From Candidatus Eiseniibacteriota bacterium (GTDB taxonomy: Bacteria > Eisenbacteria > RBG-16-71-46 > CAZAMP01): a stretch of 64,000 nt of DNA. The notes below the pieces were generated by a model, which saw nothing but the letters and a program-made list of their open reading frames with translations, was not told the DNA's origin and made no database searches. Below, piece after piece: positions 51,486 through 62,291 of the stretch (position 1 is its first letter; the number at the start of each line of letters is the position of its first letter). Position numbers and translations under genes: made by a program. Where the stretch lies: contig OZ245046.1 of the NCBI GenBank assembly GCA_965224245.1, forward strand, positions 3,584,001-3,648,000. Direction: 5' to 3'.

Positions 51486-52477
51486 CGATTTTCTGGACGC
51501 CCGAACAGCCTCCGGAGCGATGCTCCGTGACGCTCCATGTCGTCGCGTCGCAGTCGTTTCCGGAGCTGCTCGGCCTCCGCTCCTCCGGTCTTCGCGTCGG
51601 CAAGCACACGTTCCCAGAAGCGCCCGGAACGGATCTCCTCGAGGATCCGCTCCATCGCTCGGCGGGACTCCGCGCCGACCACGTCCATCCCCGCCCGGAG
51701 TGAGCCGTAGCGCGCCGTCGGCGAGATGGCGTCCCACATGCCGTCGACGCCGTAGCGCGTGATCAACCCCGCGGTCAGCTGGATCTGCTGGACGCACTCG
51801 AGGTAGGCCATCTCCGGCGGATGGCCCGCCGCCACGAGCGTCTCGTAGCCCGCGGTCACCAGCGCCGCCAGTCCTCCGCAGAGGACGGCCTGCTCGCCGA
51901 ACAGGTCGACGACGGCCTCGTCGGTCGCCGTCGCGACGAGGACCCCCGCGCGGGCGCATCCGATGCCCTTCGCGTAGGCCAGCGCCGTCTCCAGCGCGCG
52001 CCCACCGGCGTCGGCGTACACACCGACCACGGCCGGAATCCCGTCGCCGGCCACGTAGCGGCCGCGCAGCTCCACCCCCGGCCCCACCGGCGCGATGACG
52101 ACGGCATCGTGACCGGCCGGGACGTCCAGCGAGCCGAACACGAATGCCGACGCGTGCGCGAGACCGATGGTGGTGCCGGGATCGAGACCGCCGGTGACGT
52201 GCTCGTCGAACACGCGGCCGACGTGCTCGTCGGGGACCAGCAGCATCACGAGATCGGCTCCGCGGCCCGCCTCCTGGAGATCGAGCGGCGCGAAGCCGTC
52301 GGCGACCGCCCGGTCGCGGCCGCGGCCGGGGCGCGCCCCCACGCGCACCCGGAGCCCCGAGTCGCGGAGATTCAACGCCTGAGCGCGACCCTGATTCCCG
52401 TAGCCGACGATCGCGACCACGGCATCCGCCAGAGGCGCGGCGGAGATCGCGTCGTCTCGGAGGATCCGGTCCGTCAT
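51482..52477 (-). CDS. ilvC: Ketol-acid reductoisomerase (short, class I)
   Basis: VGYGNQGRAQALNLRDSG, LVPDE, AP.GPG, DLFGEQAVLCGG, EMAYLEC, ISPTARYG. Confidence 0.92.
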   Translation of the reverse strand: MTDRILRDDAISAAPLADAVVAIVGYGNQGRAQALNLRDSGLRVRVGARPGRGRDRAVADGFAPLDLQEAGRGADLVMLLVPDEHVGRVFDEHVTGGLDPGTTIGLAHASAFVFGSLDVPAGHDAVVIAPVGPGVELRGRYVAGDGIPAVVGVYADAGGRALETALAYAKGIGCARAGVLVATATDEAVVDLFGEQAVLCGGLAALVTAGYETLVAAGHPPEMAYLECVQQIQLTAGLITRYGVDGMWDAISPTARYGSLRAGMDVVGAESRRAMERILEEIRSGRFWERVLADAKTGGAEAEQLRKRLRRDDMERHGASLRRLFGRPENR

Positions 52478-53706
52478 GGTGCGACCTCGCTCGTCGGGGG
52501 ACCGGCCGCCACGATCGGCTCGGTGGTGTGCTCGAACGTGTCCTCGCCGATCAGGCGTCCGTCGGAGAAGGACGCGATCCGCGACGGGTCGCGATGGAAC
52601 CACACCTCGATCGTGCTTCCGCTCTTCTCGACGTACCGCTGGATCCTCGCCGGGGGACCGTCGAGGACGAAGCGCTTTCGTCCCTCGCGTCCGACCTGAC
52701 CCGAGAGATCCAGTACCGATCGTGGCACCGGAACCGACGTCCCCCGCGCGGCGCGGGCGGCGGTGATGGTCAGCGTGGCACCGGCGCGATCGCCGGCCTC
52801 GAGCCGGATGCGCGCGAGGAGCTCCAGCGCGGGCGCCTGCCACGGCGTGACCGCGATCGCCTCGCGCGCCGCCCGTTCGGCGACGTCCCGGTCGCCGAGG
52901 CGGTAATGGGCGAGGGCGAAGTTGTAGAGCGCCTCGGCGTCGGTCGGCAGCTTCTCGAGAATCGTCGCGAAACGAGCGCCGGCCTCCTCGAACGCCGCGC
53001 GATCGCCGGTGGCCTCGCCCAGCCGATGGAGGCTCACCCCGAGCTGGTACTGGGCGCGCACGTCGTCGGGCGCCAGGGACACGGCGTCGCGGGCGAGGGC
53101 CACCGCCTCGGCCTGGCGTCCTCCGGACGCGTTCTCCTCGGCCCCGCGCACCAGCGCCGCGACCACGGCGCCCTTCTGGCGGGAGTCCTCGCGGGCAAGC
53201 GCGACCGCTCGCGCGAAGAGCTCGATGGTGCCCTCCGGCTCGCCCTCGTGGAGCATCAGCGTGGCCCGCGCCGCGTACGTGCCGGCGGACGCCGGATCCA
53301 CTCGCTCGGCTCTCGAGAGGAGGTCCGTGGCCAGGCGACGATCCGTGTCGCTCGCGCGATCGAGCGTGTCGAGGACGGCCTGGACCGGGACGAAGAGATC
53401 CCGCCAGATCGTGCGCCGCATCGTCGCCGCCCGGGCCGCCTCCTTCTTACCCTTGGCCTCGGCCTTCTCGAGCGCCCGGAGCGCCTCGTCGTCGCGGCCC
53501 ACGCGCACCGCCGCGCGCGCGTAGAGCCGCAGCACCGAGTCGTCGTTCGGGTGCTCGCGCAGCTCGGCGTCCACGCGCTCGAATGCGCGCTGATCCTCTC
53601 CGCGGTCCAGATCGAGCGACGCCGACCGGAGAGCCGCGTTCCCGCCGCATCCGGCACCGAGGCCCGCGATCGCGATCGTGAGGATCGCCAGGACTCCGGC
53701 TCTCAC
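52474..53706 (-). CDS. TPR-repeat lipoprotein
   Basis: Start VRAGVLAILTIAIAGLGAGC (lipobox); TPR helices (APDDVRAQYQLG, PTDAEALYNFA); overlaps both the priA stop and the ilvC start. Confidence 0.8.
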   Translation of the reverse strand: MRAGVLAILTIAIAGLGAGCGGNAALRSASLDLDRGEDQRAFERVDAELREHPNDDSVLRLYARAAVRVGRDDEALRALEKAEAKGKKEAARAATMRRTIWRDLFVPVQAVLDTLDRASDTDRRLATDLLSRAERVDPASAGTYAARATLMLHEGEPEGTIELFARAVALAREDSRQKGAVVAALVRGAEENASGGRQAEAVALARDAVSLAPDDVRAQYQLGVSLHRLGEATGDRAAFEEAGARFATILEKLPTDAEALYNFALAHYRLGDRDVAERAAREAIAVTPWQAPALELLARIRLEAGDRAGATLTITAARAARGTSVPVPRSVLDLSGQVGREGRKRFVLDGPPARIQRYVEKSGSTIEVWFHRDPSRIASFSDGRLIGEDTFEHTTEPIVAAGPPTSEVAP

Positions 53707-55820
53707 AGGAGATCGATCGGATCCATGTCGACCGTCAGCCGGACCCCGGCGAAGCGTCGCTTCTCGCCCTCGAACCACGCCATCGCGGTGGACGCCGCCG
53801 CCGCGAGCCTCGCGTGCTTGGGCGCCTGGAGCGCCAGGTGCCATCGGTACTTCCCCTTCAATCGGCTCAACGGCTGGGGCGCCGGGCCGAGCCGTCCGAC
53901 CGAGCCGCCCTCGCCACCGACCGTGGCCAGCACGTGATCGATCGCGTCCGCGGCCGCCATCACGCGCTCCTCGTTCGCGCCGTCGAAGAGCAGGTTGGCC
54001 ATGCGCGTGAACGGTGGATACCCGAGCTCGCGACGGACGCGCAACTCCATCGCGAAGAACTCCTCGAAGTCCTGCGCGGCCGCCGACGTCAGCGCGTAGT
54101 GCTCGGGATAGTACGACTGCAGGACGACCTCGCCGGGCTTGTCGCCCCGGCCGGCGCGGCCGGCGACCTGGGTCAGGAGCTGGAACGTGCGCTCGGCGCT
54201 GCGGAAGTCCGGCATGTTGAGACCGGAGTCGGCGTTGATGACGCCCACCAGCGTGACGTTGGGAAAGTCCAGCCCCTTGGCGACCATCTGGGTCCCCAGG
54301 AGGATGTCGGCCTCGCCCTTTCCGAACGCCTTGAGGATCTTCTGATAGCTGCCGCGCGTGCGCGTGGTGTCGGTGTCGAGCCGCAAGACGCGTGCTCGCG
54401 GGAACAGCACGCCGAGCTCGTCCTCGACCCGTTCGGTTCCGATGCCGCCGAAGTTGAGCCGGAGCGAGCCGCAGGTCTCGCAGGCGCTCACGTGCTCCCG
54501 CGTCGTCCCGCAGTAGTGGCACACGAGCGCGCTCGTGCGACGATGGTACGTGAGCGACACGTCGCACTGCGTGCACGTCATCGTGACCCCGCAGTGCCGG
54601 CACTGCACGAACGGCGCGTACCCCCTCCGGTTCAGGAACAGGATCACCTGATCGCCCTGCCACAGCCGGTCCGCGACCTTCTTGGCCAGCGATCGACACA
54701 GGATGGGTCGCCGCTTCTCGACGCGCCCCGAATCGCCCAGTCCGAACGGTCCGTGGGCGTCCCGCTTCTCGTCCAGCCGGAGGTCCTCGCAGCGCACGGT
54801 CGCGCGCGCTCGGTTGTCGATGCGCTCGGGCAGCGTCAGGAGTCGGTACTTGCCGCGCTTGGCGTTCGCGAAGCTCTCCAGCGACGGCGTGGCGCTCCCC
54901 AGCACGACGGTGGCGCCGGCGTGAGACGCACGCACGATGGCGACCTCGCGCGCGTGGTAGCGGGGCGTGTCGGACTGCTTGTACGTCCCCTCGTTCTCCT
55001 CGTCCACGATGACCAGACGGAGATCGGGGAGCGGCGTGAACACCGCCGAGCGCGCCCCCACGGCAACGGCCAGCTCGCCGGTGCGGGCGTGTCGCCAGGC
55101 GTCCTGTCGAGCCCGCTTGGTGAGCCCGCTGTGGAAGACGCCCACCCGATCGCCGAAGGCGAGACGGAAACGCTCGACGACCTGAAACGACAGCGCGATC
55201 TCGGGCACGAGGATCAGGACCTGGCCACCCTCGGCCACCGCATGCTCGGAGGCGCGGACGTAGACCTCGGTCTTCCCGCTGCCGGTGACGCCGTACAGGA
55301 GGTGGGTGGCGAAGGTGCGGGACGCGATCGTGTCGGTGATCGCGTCCACCGCGCTCGTCTGATCGGACGTCAGGCGAGCCGGCTCGGTCGCGAGTCCGAG
55401 CGTCTCGGGCGCCCGGTACGGACGGGCGCGACGCGACTCGGTCCGCAGGCCGCCCGGCAGAGCCGTCATCAGCACGTCCCCCAGCGAGGCGACGTAGTAC
55501 TCGGCCACCCAGCGCGCGAGCTTCAGGATGGCGGCGTCGAACACGGGCTCGGGATACGTGACCGCCGCGATCGCCTTCAGCCGGGCGCTCGGGATGTCGG
55601 TCTCGTGACGAAACCCGACGACGAACCCGGGGCTCCGGCCGCGTCCGAAAGGCACCTCGACCTGACTTCCCTGGGCCACGCGGCCCCGGAGGTCGGCGGG
55701 AATCCGGTACGTGAAGAGCTGCGGCAGCGGCCTCGGAACCGCGACCTCGGCGAACGGGGCGTCCACGTCCGCGGTCGCCTCCGGACCACACTCGTCGCCG
55801 CCGGTGGCGGTGGCGGACAT
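53703..55820 (-). CDS. priA: Primosomal protein N' (replication restart helicase)
   Basis: GVTGSGKTEVY, LVPEI.L, GARSA, DEE, GSATPSLES, FLNRRGY, four CxxC pairs, GTQMVAKGLDFP, QVAGRAGR, VDMDP. Confidence 0.96.
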   Translation of the reverse strand: MSATATGGDECGPEATADVDAPFAEVAVPRPLPQLFTYRIPADLRGRVAQGSQVEVPFGRGRSPGFVVGFRHETDIPSARLKAIAAVTYPEPVFDAAILKLARWVAEYYVASLGDVLMTALPGGLRTESRRARPYRAPETLGLATEPARLTSDQTSAVDAITDTIASRTFATHLLYGVTGSGKTEVYVRASEHAVAEGGQVLILVPEIALSFQVVERFRLAFGDRVGVFHSGLTKRARQDAWRHARTGELAVAVGARSAVFTPLPDLRLVIVDEENEGTYKQSDTPRYHAREVAIVRASHAGATVVLGSATPSLESFANAKRGKYRLLTLPERIDNRARATVRCEDLRLDEKRDAHGPFGLGDSGRVEKRRPILCRSLAKKVADRLWQGDQVILFLNRRGYAPFVQCRHCGVTMTCTQCDVSLTYHRRTSALVCHYCGTTREHVSACETCGSLRLNFGGIGTERVEDELGVLFPRARVLRLDTDTTRTRGSYQKILKAFGKGEADILLGTQMVAKGLDFPNVTLVGVINADSGLNMPDFRSAERTFQLLTQVAGRAGRGDKPGEVVLQSYYPEHYALTSAAAQDFEEFFAMELRVRRELGYPPFTRMANLLFDGANEERVMAAADAIDHVLATVGGEGGSVGRLGPAPQPLSRLKGKYRWHLALQAPKHARLAAAASTAMAWFEGEKRRFAGVRLTVDMDPIDLL

Positions 55821-56035
55821 CCGATCGGTCTTCGACAAGATGGACCTCGATCGACGCAGGAGCCGGGGACGGCGCTCGGGGCGCCCGGCCGCCGGTTGGC
55901 GCCCGTCAGGGACGGCGTCCGTGCGGGCGCGGCGCGGGCGACGGCCAGTATAGGGAACCGATGCCGGCGCGGTCGAGTTTGCCTGTGCATGCCCGCGGCG
56001 TGGGCCGTGCTAGGCTCCCCGGTCGGAGGATACCC

Positions 56036-56698
56036 ATGCAGCACCTCGCGCGGCGGCGGTTCCGAGCCGCCGCACCCATCGCGGCCGCGGCCGCGCTGGT
56101 CGCCATCGCCCTCTCGCCCGCGCTCGGGGATGAGCCCGCCGAGCCCGAGCCTCGCCTGTCGTTCCACATCGTCGACGCCTCCACGCCCGAGTGTGAGGTC
56201 ACCGGCGATCACCTGACGTGCGCCGACATCCGCACGATGGGACACGCGGGCACCGCGCAGCGGCTGTACGTGATCGTCACCGGGGTACCCTCGCTCTACA
56301 GCGTGCAGTTCGGCATCGACTACGACGACGGCGTGACGCTCGGACGCTGGACGCCGTGCATCTCGGGGCTCGAGCAGGCAACCGAGTCATGGCCCGAGCG
56401 GAAGTCGGGGCTGGGCATGATCTGGACACGCTGCCTCGAGCCGCGGGGACCCGACGGCATGATCGTGCTCGGGTACATCGACGTGCCGCCGACCGCGTGG
56501 GGGCGCGTGTGGTTCACGCACTACATGGCCGCGGTGGACGCCAGTGCCATGATCTGCCAGGACTCCGCGACGCCCACGATCCCCATCCTGTCTCCCGAGG
56601 AGCAGGGCATGGTCCGCGTGCACGGCGTGCACCCCGGTCGGTGCGGCTGCCCCCCCGACGAGGCCCCCAGGGACGCGGCGGGCGAGAGCGAGGACTGA
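56036..56698 (+). CDS. Hypothetical secreted Cys-containing protein
   Basis: GGAGG RBS, MQHLARRRF plus hydrophobic signal, QFGIDYD; no family recognised. Confidence 0.65.
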   Translation: MQHLARRRFRAAAPIAAAAALVAIALSPALGDEPAEPEPRLSFHIVDASTPECEVTGDHLTCADIRTMGHAGTAQRLYVIVTGVPSLYSVQFGIDYDDGVTLGRWTPCISGLEQATESWPERKSGLGMIWTRCLEPRGPDGMIVLGYIDVPPTAWGRVWFTHYMAAVDASAMICQDSATPTIPILSPEEQGMVRVHGVHPGRCGCPPDEAPRDAAGESED

Positions 56699-56708
56699 CG
56701 CTCCCGCG

Positions 56709-57665
<957 letters not shown>

Positions 57666-57964
57666 ACGTTCCTCCTCGGTTCGAAGGGGCCGGCTCGGTC
57701 GCTGGCGTCGAGCTCGATCACGTCCCACGCTACGATGCCACGTCGGTTGCGGCGGCGCCAGTGGCACTGCGCGGTCGTCGGAACCGGTGTCGGGGTGTCT
57801 CGGGTGGACATCGAAGACCGGGGGTCCGAGTCCCGACGGAACGAAGGGCGGGCGGATCCCCGCGGCAGCCAGCCTGGCGCGGGAGGGCCTGCGCGACGCG
57901 CAGTGCCGACTGGACGGTGGTGCGCTCGCCGAACATGCGGGAAGCCGCCTTCGGACGAGGCGGC

Positions 57965-58654
57965 TCACGACCGAGGAAGCGGCGCCCGCACGGTCCAGAC
58001 TCCGATTCCCACCATCAGGACCAGCATCGTCACGAAGGCAGGAAACGAGCTCGAAAGATCGGCCCAGATCCGTCCGATCCCGGCCGCGCCCGGGAGAACG
58101 TGCAGAAAGAGCGTCTGAACGGGCAGCACCGCGTACACGAGCACGGCCGCGAACCTGATCCGCAACGACAGCAGCAGGCCCAGCCACACGATCGCGGATG
58201 CGTTGGTGAGGGCCCAGACGGAGACCGGTCCGTACACGTTCCACAGCAAGATGACGATCAGCGGCCAGGCGAGCATCGCCGGCCAGAGCGCGATGGCGAG
58301 CGTCGCCATCCTGACGAGGTTCAGCGACACCCGACCCAAGGGAAGGCTCGACCAGCACTCGAAGCGATTCGGAAGCGTGCTGCCCGCCAGACCGGATCCC
58401 ACCAGCAGTACGGGGAACACGCTGAGGACGAGACTGGCCATGTAGTTGAACGTGACGCCGGAGGGCTCGGCATCGGTGGGGACTCGTGACGTCACGGCTC
58501 CCAGCAGCGCCAGGGTCCCCGATCCCGAGGCGAGCACGGCAAGCTGCAACCACCAAAGCTGCCGAGCTTCGGCTCGGACCAGCGAACACGCCAGGGGCAA
58601 CCTCGGGGTGTCTTCATGCGAGCGGATCGAAGATACCGTCGTCATCTCGGGCAC
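57965..58654 (-). CDS. Integral membrane protein, probable ABC exporter permease
   Basis: About 6 hydrophobic segments, SLPLGR motif, last gene of the GntR-ABC operon. Confidence 0.7.
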   Translation of the reverse strand: MPEMTTVSSIRSHEDTPRLPLACSLVRAEARQLWWLQLAVLASGSGTLALLGAVTSRVPTDAEPSGVTFNYMASLVLSVFPVLLVGSGLAGSTLPNRFECWSSLPLGRVSLNLVRMATLAIALWPAMLAWPLIVILLWNVYGPVSVWALTNASAIVWLGLLLSLRIRFAAVLVYAVLPVQTLFLHVLPGAAGIGRIWADLSSSFPAFVTMLVLMVGIGVWTVRAPLPRS

Positions 58655-59286
58655 CTATCCTGGAGACGAACACGAGCCGCGAGGACGCTCGGCATCCACA
58701 GCAGGATCAGGATGATCATGACCAGCGAGGGCCACGGAGTGGTCACCATCTCCAGCGGTCGCCGAAACGTCTCGTGACTGTGGGGCGGAAAGATCAGGAG
58801 CGGGAAGATCGCCGGCACGAGAGCTCGCCAGAATACGTTCACGCGCATGCTGTACATCTGGTACGCGATGAGCGCCAGACCGGTGAAGACGAACATCCAG
58901 CCGTGTAGCTGGATGCCGTGGCGCGGTAGCAGCCAGGCCAGGAGCAGCCACGCCGGCAGGCAGCACAGGAACACCGTGATGCCGTTGAGGAGCATGGACT
59001 CGTTGATCTGCCGGCGGCTGAGCGGCAGCACGAATCGCAGGGCCGTGTTGTGGGTGACTCCGAGTGTGAAGATGACCCAGGGTGCCATCGCGTAGAACAG
59101 CAGCAGCAGCAGCAGCTTGAGCCCGACGAAGCGATCCACGGCGAGCTCGGGACAGTCCTTGCAGCCGAGATCGTACAACGCGATGACCGCGATCACGGCA
59201 AACATCGCCCACCCCCCGATCAGGTAGTAGACGACGCGTCGCCAATCAGCGCCGATCATGTGCAGGAGTTCGGTCGTGCCGGCCAT
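58642..59286 (-). CDS. Integral membrane protein, probable ABC exporter permease
   Basis: About 6 hydrophobic segments, VLPLSRRQI motif, overlaps both neighbours. Confidence 0.72.
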   Translation of the reverse strand: MAGTTELLHMIGADWRRVVYYLIGGWAMFAVIAVIALYDLGCKDCPELAVDRFVGLKLLLLLLFYAMAPWVIFTLGVTHNTALRFVLPLSRRQINESMLLNGITVFLCCLPAWLLLAWLLPRHGIQLHGWMFVFTGLALIAYQMYSMRVNVFWRALVPAIFPLLIFPPHSHETFRRPLEMVTTPWPSLVMIILILLWMPSVLAARVRLQDRCPR

Positions 59287-60154
59287 GGACGCCTCCCTTC
59301 ATGATCTGTACGGCGATCTCCTCGAGGGTCATCGCCGAGGCCCTGACCGACTCGGCCCCCTTGGCGGCCAGGTCCTGGGCGGTCTCCTCGCCGCTGGACG
59401 AGACGATCTGATGGAATCGTCCCTGTCGGGTGTGCTCCACCAGCCCCCGGATGTCCTCGACCTCGCCCTCGAGCCGAAACTGAACCCGTCGCCATCGATC
59501 GATCAGCTCGTCCTTGCCCACGTGCAGCTGGATCCGGCCTTCCCGCAAGAACACGAGCTCGTCCGCCAGGCGGTGCAGATCGTCCAGGATGTGGGTGGAG
59601 TAGAGGATGGTCATCGATCCGGTCTCCAGCATCTCTGCGAGAACGTCGAACACCTCCGTGCGGACGACCGGATCGAGTCCCGCGGTCGGTTCGTCGAAGA
59701 GCGCGAGCCCGGGATGGTGTGCGAGGGCGATGACGAGCGACAGCTTCACGCGATTCCCGGTCGAGAGGCGCTTGATCGGCTTCGATAGATCCAGCTGAAA
59801 ACGCGCGGCCAGGCGTGCGGCCTGCTCGTGATCCCACTTCGGGTAGAATCGAGAGACGAGCGTCGAGAACGAGTGGCCGGTCATCCAGTCGTAGAAGACG
59901 GGTCGATCGGGAACGTACCCGACGACCTCCTTCCACGCGCCTTTCCACGGGTCGGCCGAAAGCCCACAGACACGGATTGCCCCCCGGTCGCGATCCAGGA
60001 CCCCCATGATCGTTCGCATCGTCGTCGTCTTGCCCGAGCCGTTCGGTCCGACCAAGCCGACGACCTTCCCCGAGTCGAGCTGCAGATCGAGAGGACCGAG
60101 CGTGAAGTCCCCCAGCTCGAGCCTCACGTCGGTCATGTCGAGAGCATGGATCAT
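59246..60154 (-). CDS. ABC transporter ATP-binding protein (YtrB-like)
   Basis: GPNGSGKTT, LSTG, FDEPTAGLDP, STH. Confidence 0.94.
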   Translation of the reverse strand: MIHALDMTDVRLELGDFTLGPLDLQLDSGKVVGLVGPNGSGKTTTMRTIMGVLDRDRGAIRVCGLSADPWKGAWKEVVGYVPDRPVFYDWMTGHSFSTLVSRFYPKWDHEQAARLAARFQLDLSKPIKRLSTGNRVKLSLVIALAHHPGLALFDEPTAGLDPVVRTEVFDVLAEMLETGSMTILYSTHILDDLHRLADELVFLREGRIQLHVGKDELIDRWRRVQFRLEGEVEDIRGLVEHTRQGRFHQIVSSSGEETAQDLAAKGAESVRASAMTLEEIAVQIMKGGVHGRHDRTPAHDRR

Positions 60155-60564
60155 GGTGCGACCTCCTCCCGGTCGCGCTCGGGATCGTCGGGTCTGGACT
60201 CGAGCGCGCGACGGACGATTTCGAGGATCTGTTCCTTCGACAGCCCCAGGAGCTGCGCCTCCTCGAGTGGATCACCGAGGGCCTCGATGACCCGCTGGAT
60301 CGCACGTTCCCGGCGATCCGACTGATCGAGAGGCGCGACGTAGAAGCCTTTTCCTTGCCGCGCGTAGATCACTCCCTGACGCTCGAGCTCTTCGTAGGCG
60401 CGCTGCACGGTGATCACGCCGACTCGCTGCGTCATCGCGAGGCTTCTGATGGATGGGAGCTGGAAGTGTTCGGGAAGCTCTCCGCTGAGGATCATCTGCC
60501 GGACTCGGCGGACGATCTGCTCCCGAAGGGGGAACGGAGACATCTCGGACAGGGACAGCAGCAT
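60151..60564 (-). CDS. GntR-family (YtrA subfamily) transcriptional regulator
   Basis: EQI...I..G.L....LPSIR.LA....V...TVQRAY..LE..G.I....GKG; short C-terminus; heads the ABC operon. Confidence 0.92.
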   Translation of the reverse strand: MLLSLSEMSPFPLREQIVRRVRQMILSGELPEHFQLPSIRSLAMTQRVGVITVQRAYEELERQGVIYARQGKGFYVAPLDQSDRRERAIQRVIEALGDPLEEAQLLGLSKEQILEIVRRALESRPDDPERDREEVAP

Positions 60565-60577
60565 CGACTTGGTTCCT

Positions 60578-60604
60578 TACTGTATTCAGCAAGTATATAC
60601 AGTA
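60578..60604. promoter_or_regulatory. YtrA-type palindromic operator
   Basis: TACTGTAT-N11-ATACAGTA immediately upstream of the GntR start. Confidence 0.75.
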
Positions 60605-60698
60605 GATACGGACGGCGCAAGCCCCGGTTTCACCCGTAACCCCCGGGCGCTAGGGAGGCCCGAGCCGATGTCGATGCAAGCCAATGTTTCAAAATGGG

Positions 60699-62291
60699 TT
60701 ACGGGAAGGGTCGAATCTCGGTCACCTTTCGATAGCGCACGCTCTGGTCGGCACGCGGGTCCGAGCCGGCCTCGACGAGCACGAGCTCGATCCGGGATGG
60801 GTATCCCGCCGGATACTCCACCCACGCGTCGAACTCGCCCTCGGGCCCCGCATCGATCCAGCTCGCCAGCTCGCCATCGGCGAGGACGCCGAGGAAGCGG
60901 CCTCGCTCCAGCGTGCCTCGCAGCCGTACCGCGAGCGACGTCCACCGCACCTCGCCCAGTACGAGCGGACGACTCACGAACGTCATCGCCGTCCACACGT
61001 CGCCGGCGCGATCCACGTGCACGCCGATGCCGACGTCCGTCCAGTCCTCGTGGAGCATGTTGCGACGATGGGCCGGGCTGGCCAGGAACTGCTCGTGCAC
61101 CGACCGCGCGCTCGAGCCCCGGGCGAGGTTCTCGCCCATCACCAGGTCCCCTCCCCCGCACGCCGCCCATCGATCGCGCACGTCACGCCCGGCGCGGTCG
61201 ATGTGCGCCAGGTGGTCCAGGCGCTGCATGGTGTCGGCGTAGCGACGCGAGCACTCCGCGAGGTCGGTGTCCCACCGGACGATGCCCACGCCCGCGTCCT
61301 GCCGTGCGTCGTTCAGAAGTGCGTGCAGAACGCGAGCGATCTCGGTGCGGTCCCGCGTCGCATCGGCGTTCCGCCCGGCGTCCCGAGGCGCCGACGGCGT
61401 CCCGCCGACGCGGACCCGGGCCAGCGCGAGCACCTCGGGGCCGAACTCCAGCGACCCCATGACCTCGATGTCGTAGGTGCCCGCGTCCGGAAACGCGATC
61501 TCGGCTCCCCAGATCGGCCTGGCGCCCTCGAGCGGGACGTCCACGACGGCACCGGACGGCTGCGTGACGAGGAGCTCCAGCGCGTCGAGGTCCGTCATGG
61601 CCTCGAGCGCGATCGTCACCGACTCGCCGGGCAGAATCGCATCCAGTGACCCGACGAGACGGACGCGGCGCGCGGAGGCGAGGACGACGTAGAGATCGGT
61701 CCCTCGAACCTCGGGATCGGGCTCTCGGGCCAGCCCGACCCGATCCAGTCGCCCATCGGAGAAGATCCGATCCAGATCGCCCGACGCGAACGACAGCCCC
61801 TCTTGCAGCGAGGCGGCATTCATCGTGAACGAGACCAGGGGCTGATCGGGGATGCCGCGCTCGCGGACGAACTCCGCGACGTGACGGCGGATGCCTTCTC
61901 GCTGGTCGCGCGGCGCGAGAACGAGGCGGTCCACGAGGGCGGCGGCGATCGTCGAGAGATCGCGGTCCACGACGAGGTGCCCCGATCGGGCGCGCGCCTC
62001 GAGCCCGCGGTACCGGAGGAACGCGTCCGACCAGTCGGGCACGCCGCTCCCGTCCGCGGACGCGGGGAGGGGGGCGAGGCTCAGGGAGCCGAGGACCATC
62101 GGCGCGATGCCGGCAAGCGCGAGCCGGGCGGCGACCGAGCGCCGAACGCGCCCGCGCGCGGTGCCGTCGCACCGGGTTCCCCGTCCGGCTACACTGCGCG
62201 CTCGGATGCGTCGCGGGACGGGCCGAACGGCGCCGCGACGCCGCGATGACGGGGAGGCGCTCGTGCGATCGGTTTCGGTCATGACCGTCAT
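60699..62291 (-). CDS. Secreted CAP/SCP-domain protein (start uncertain; may be near 62099)
   Basis: LLNDARQ..G, HLAH, GENLA, FLASPAHRRNML...WTDVGIGV; signal-like segment ending PASA. Confidence 0.78.
   Translation of the reverse strand: MTVMTETDRTSASPSSRRRGAVRPVPRRIRARSVAGRGTRCDGTARGRVRRSVAARLALAGIAPMVLGSLSLAPLPASADGSGVPDWSDAFLRYRGLEARARSGHLVVDRDLSTIAAALVDRLVLAPRDQREGIRRHVAEFVRERGIPDQPLVSFTMNAASLQEGLSFASGDLDRIFSDGRLDRVGLAREPDPEVRGTDLYVVLASARRVRLVGSLDAILPGESVTIALEAMTDLDALELLVTQPSGAVVDVPLEGARPIWGAEIAFPDAGTYDIEVMGSLEFGPEVLALARVRVGGTPSAPRDAGRNADATRDRTEIARVLHALLNDARQDAGVGIVRWDTDLAECSRRYADTMQRLDHLAHIDRAGRDVRDRWAACGGGDLVMGENLARGSSARSVHEQFLASPAHRRNMLHEDWTDVGIGVHVDRAGDVWTAMTFVSRPLVLGEVRWTSLAVRLRGTLERGRFLGVLADGELASWIDAGPEGEFDAWVEYPAGYPSRIELVLVEAGSDPRADQSVRYRKVTEIRPFP

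Noticed and set aside
52474-55791. 1105-aa ORF suggesting a giant TPR protein
   Set aside because: The upstream two-thirds is an alternative frame over priA; the real gene starts at GTG 53706 with a lipoprotein signal.
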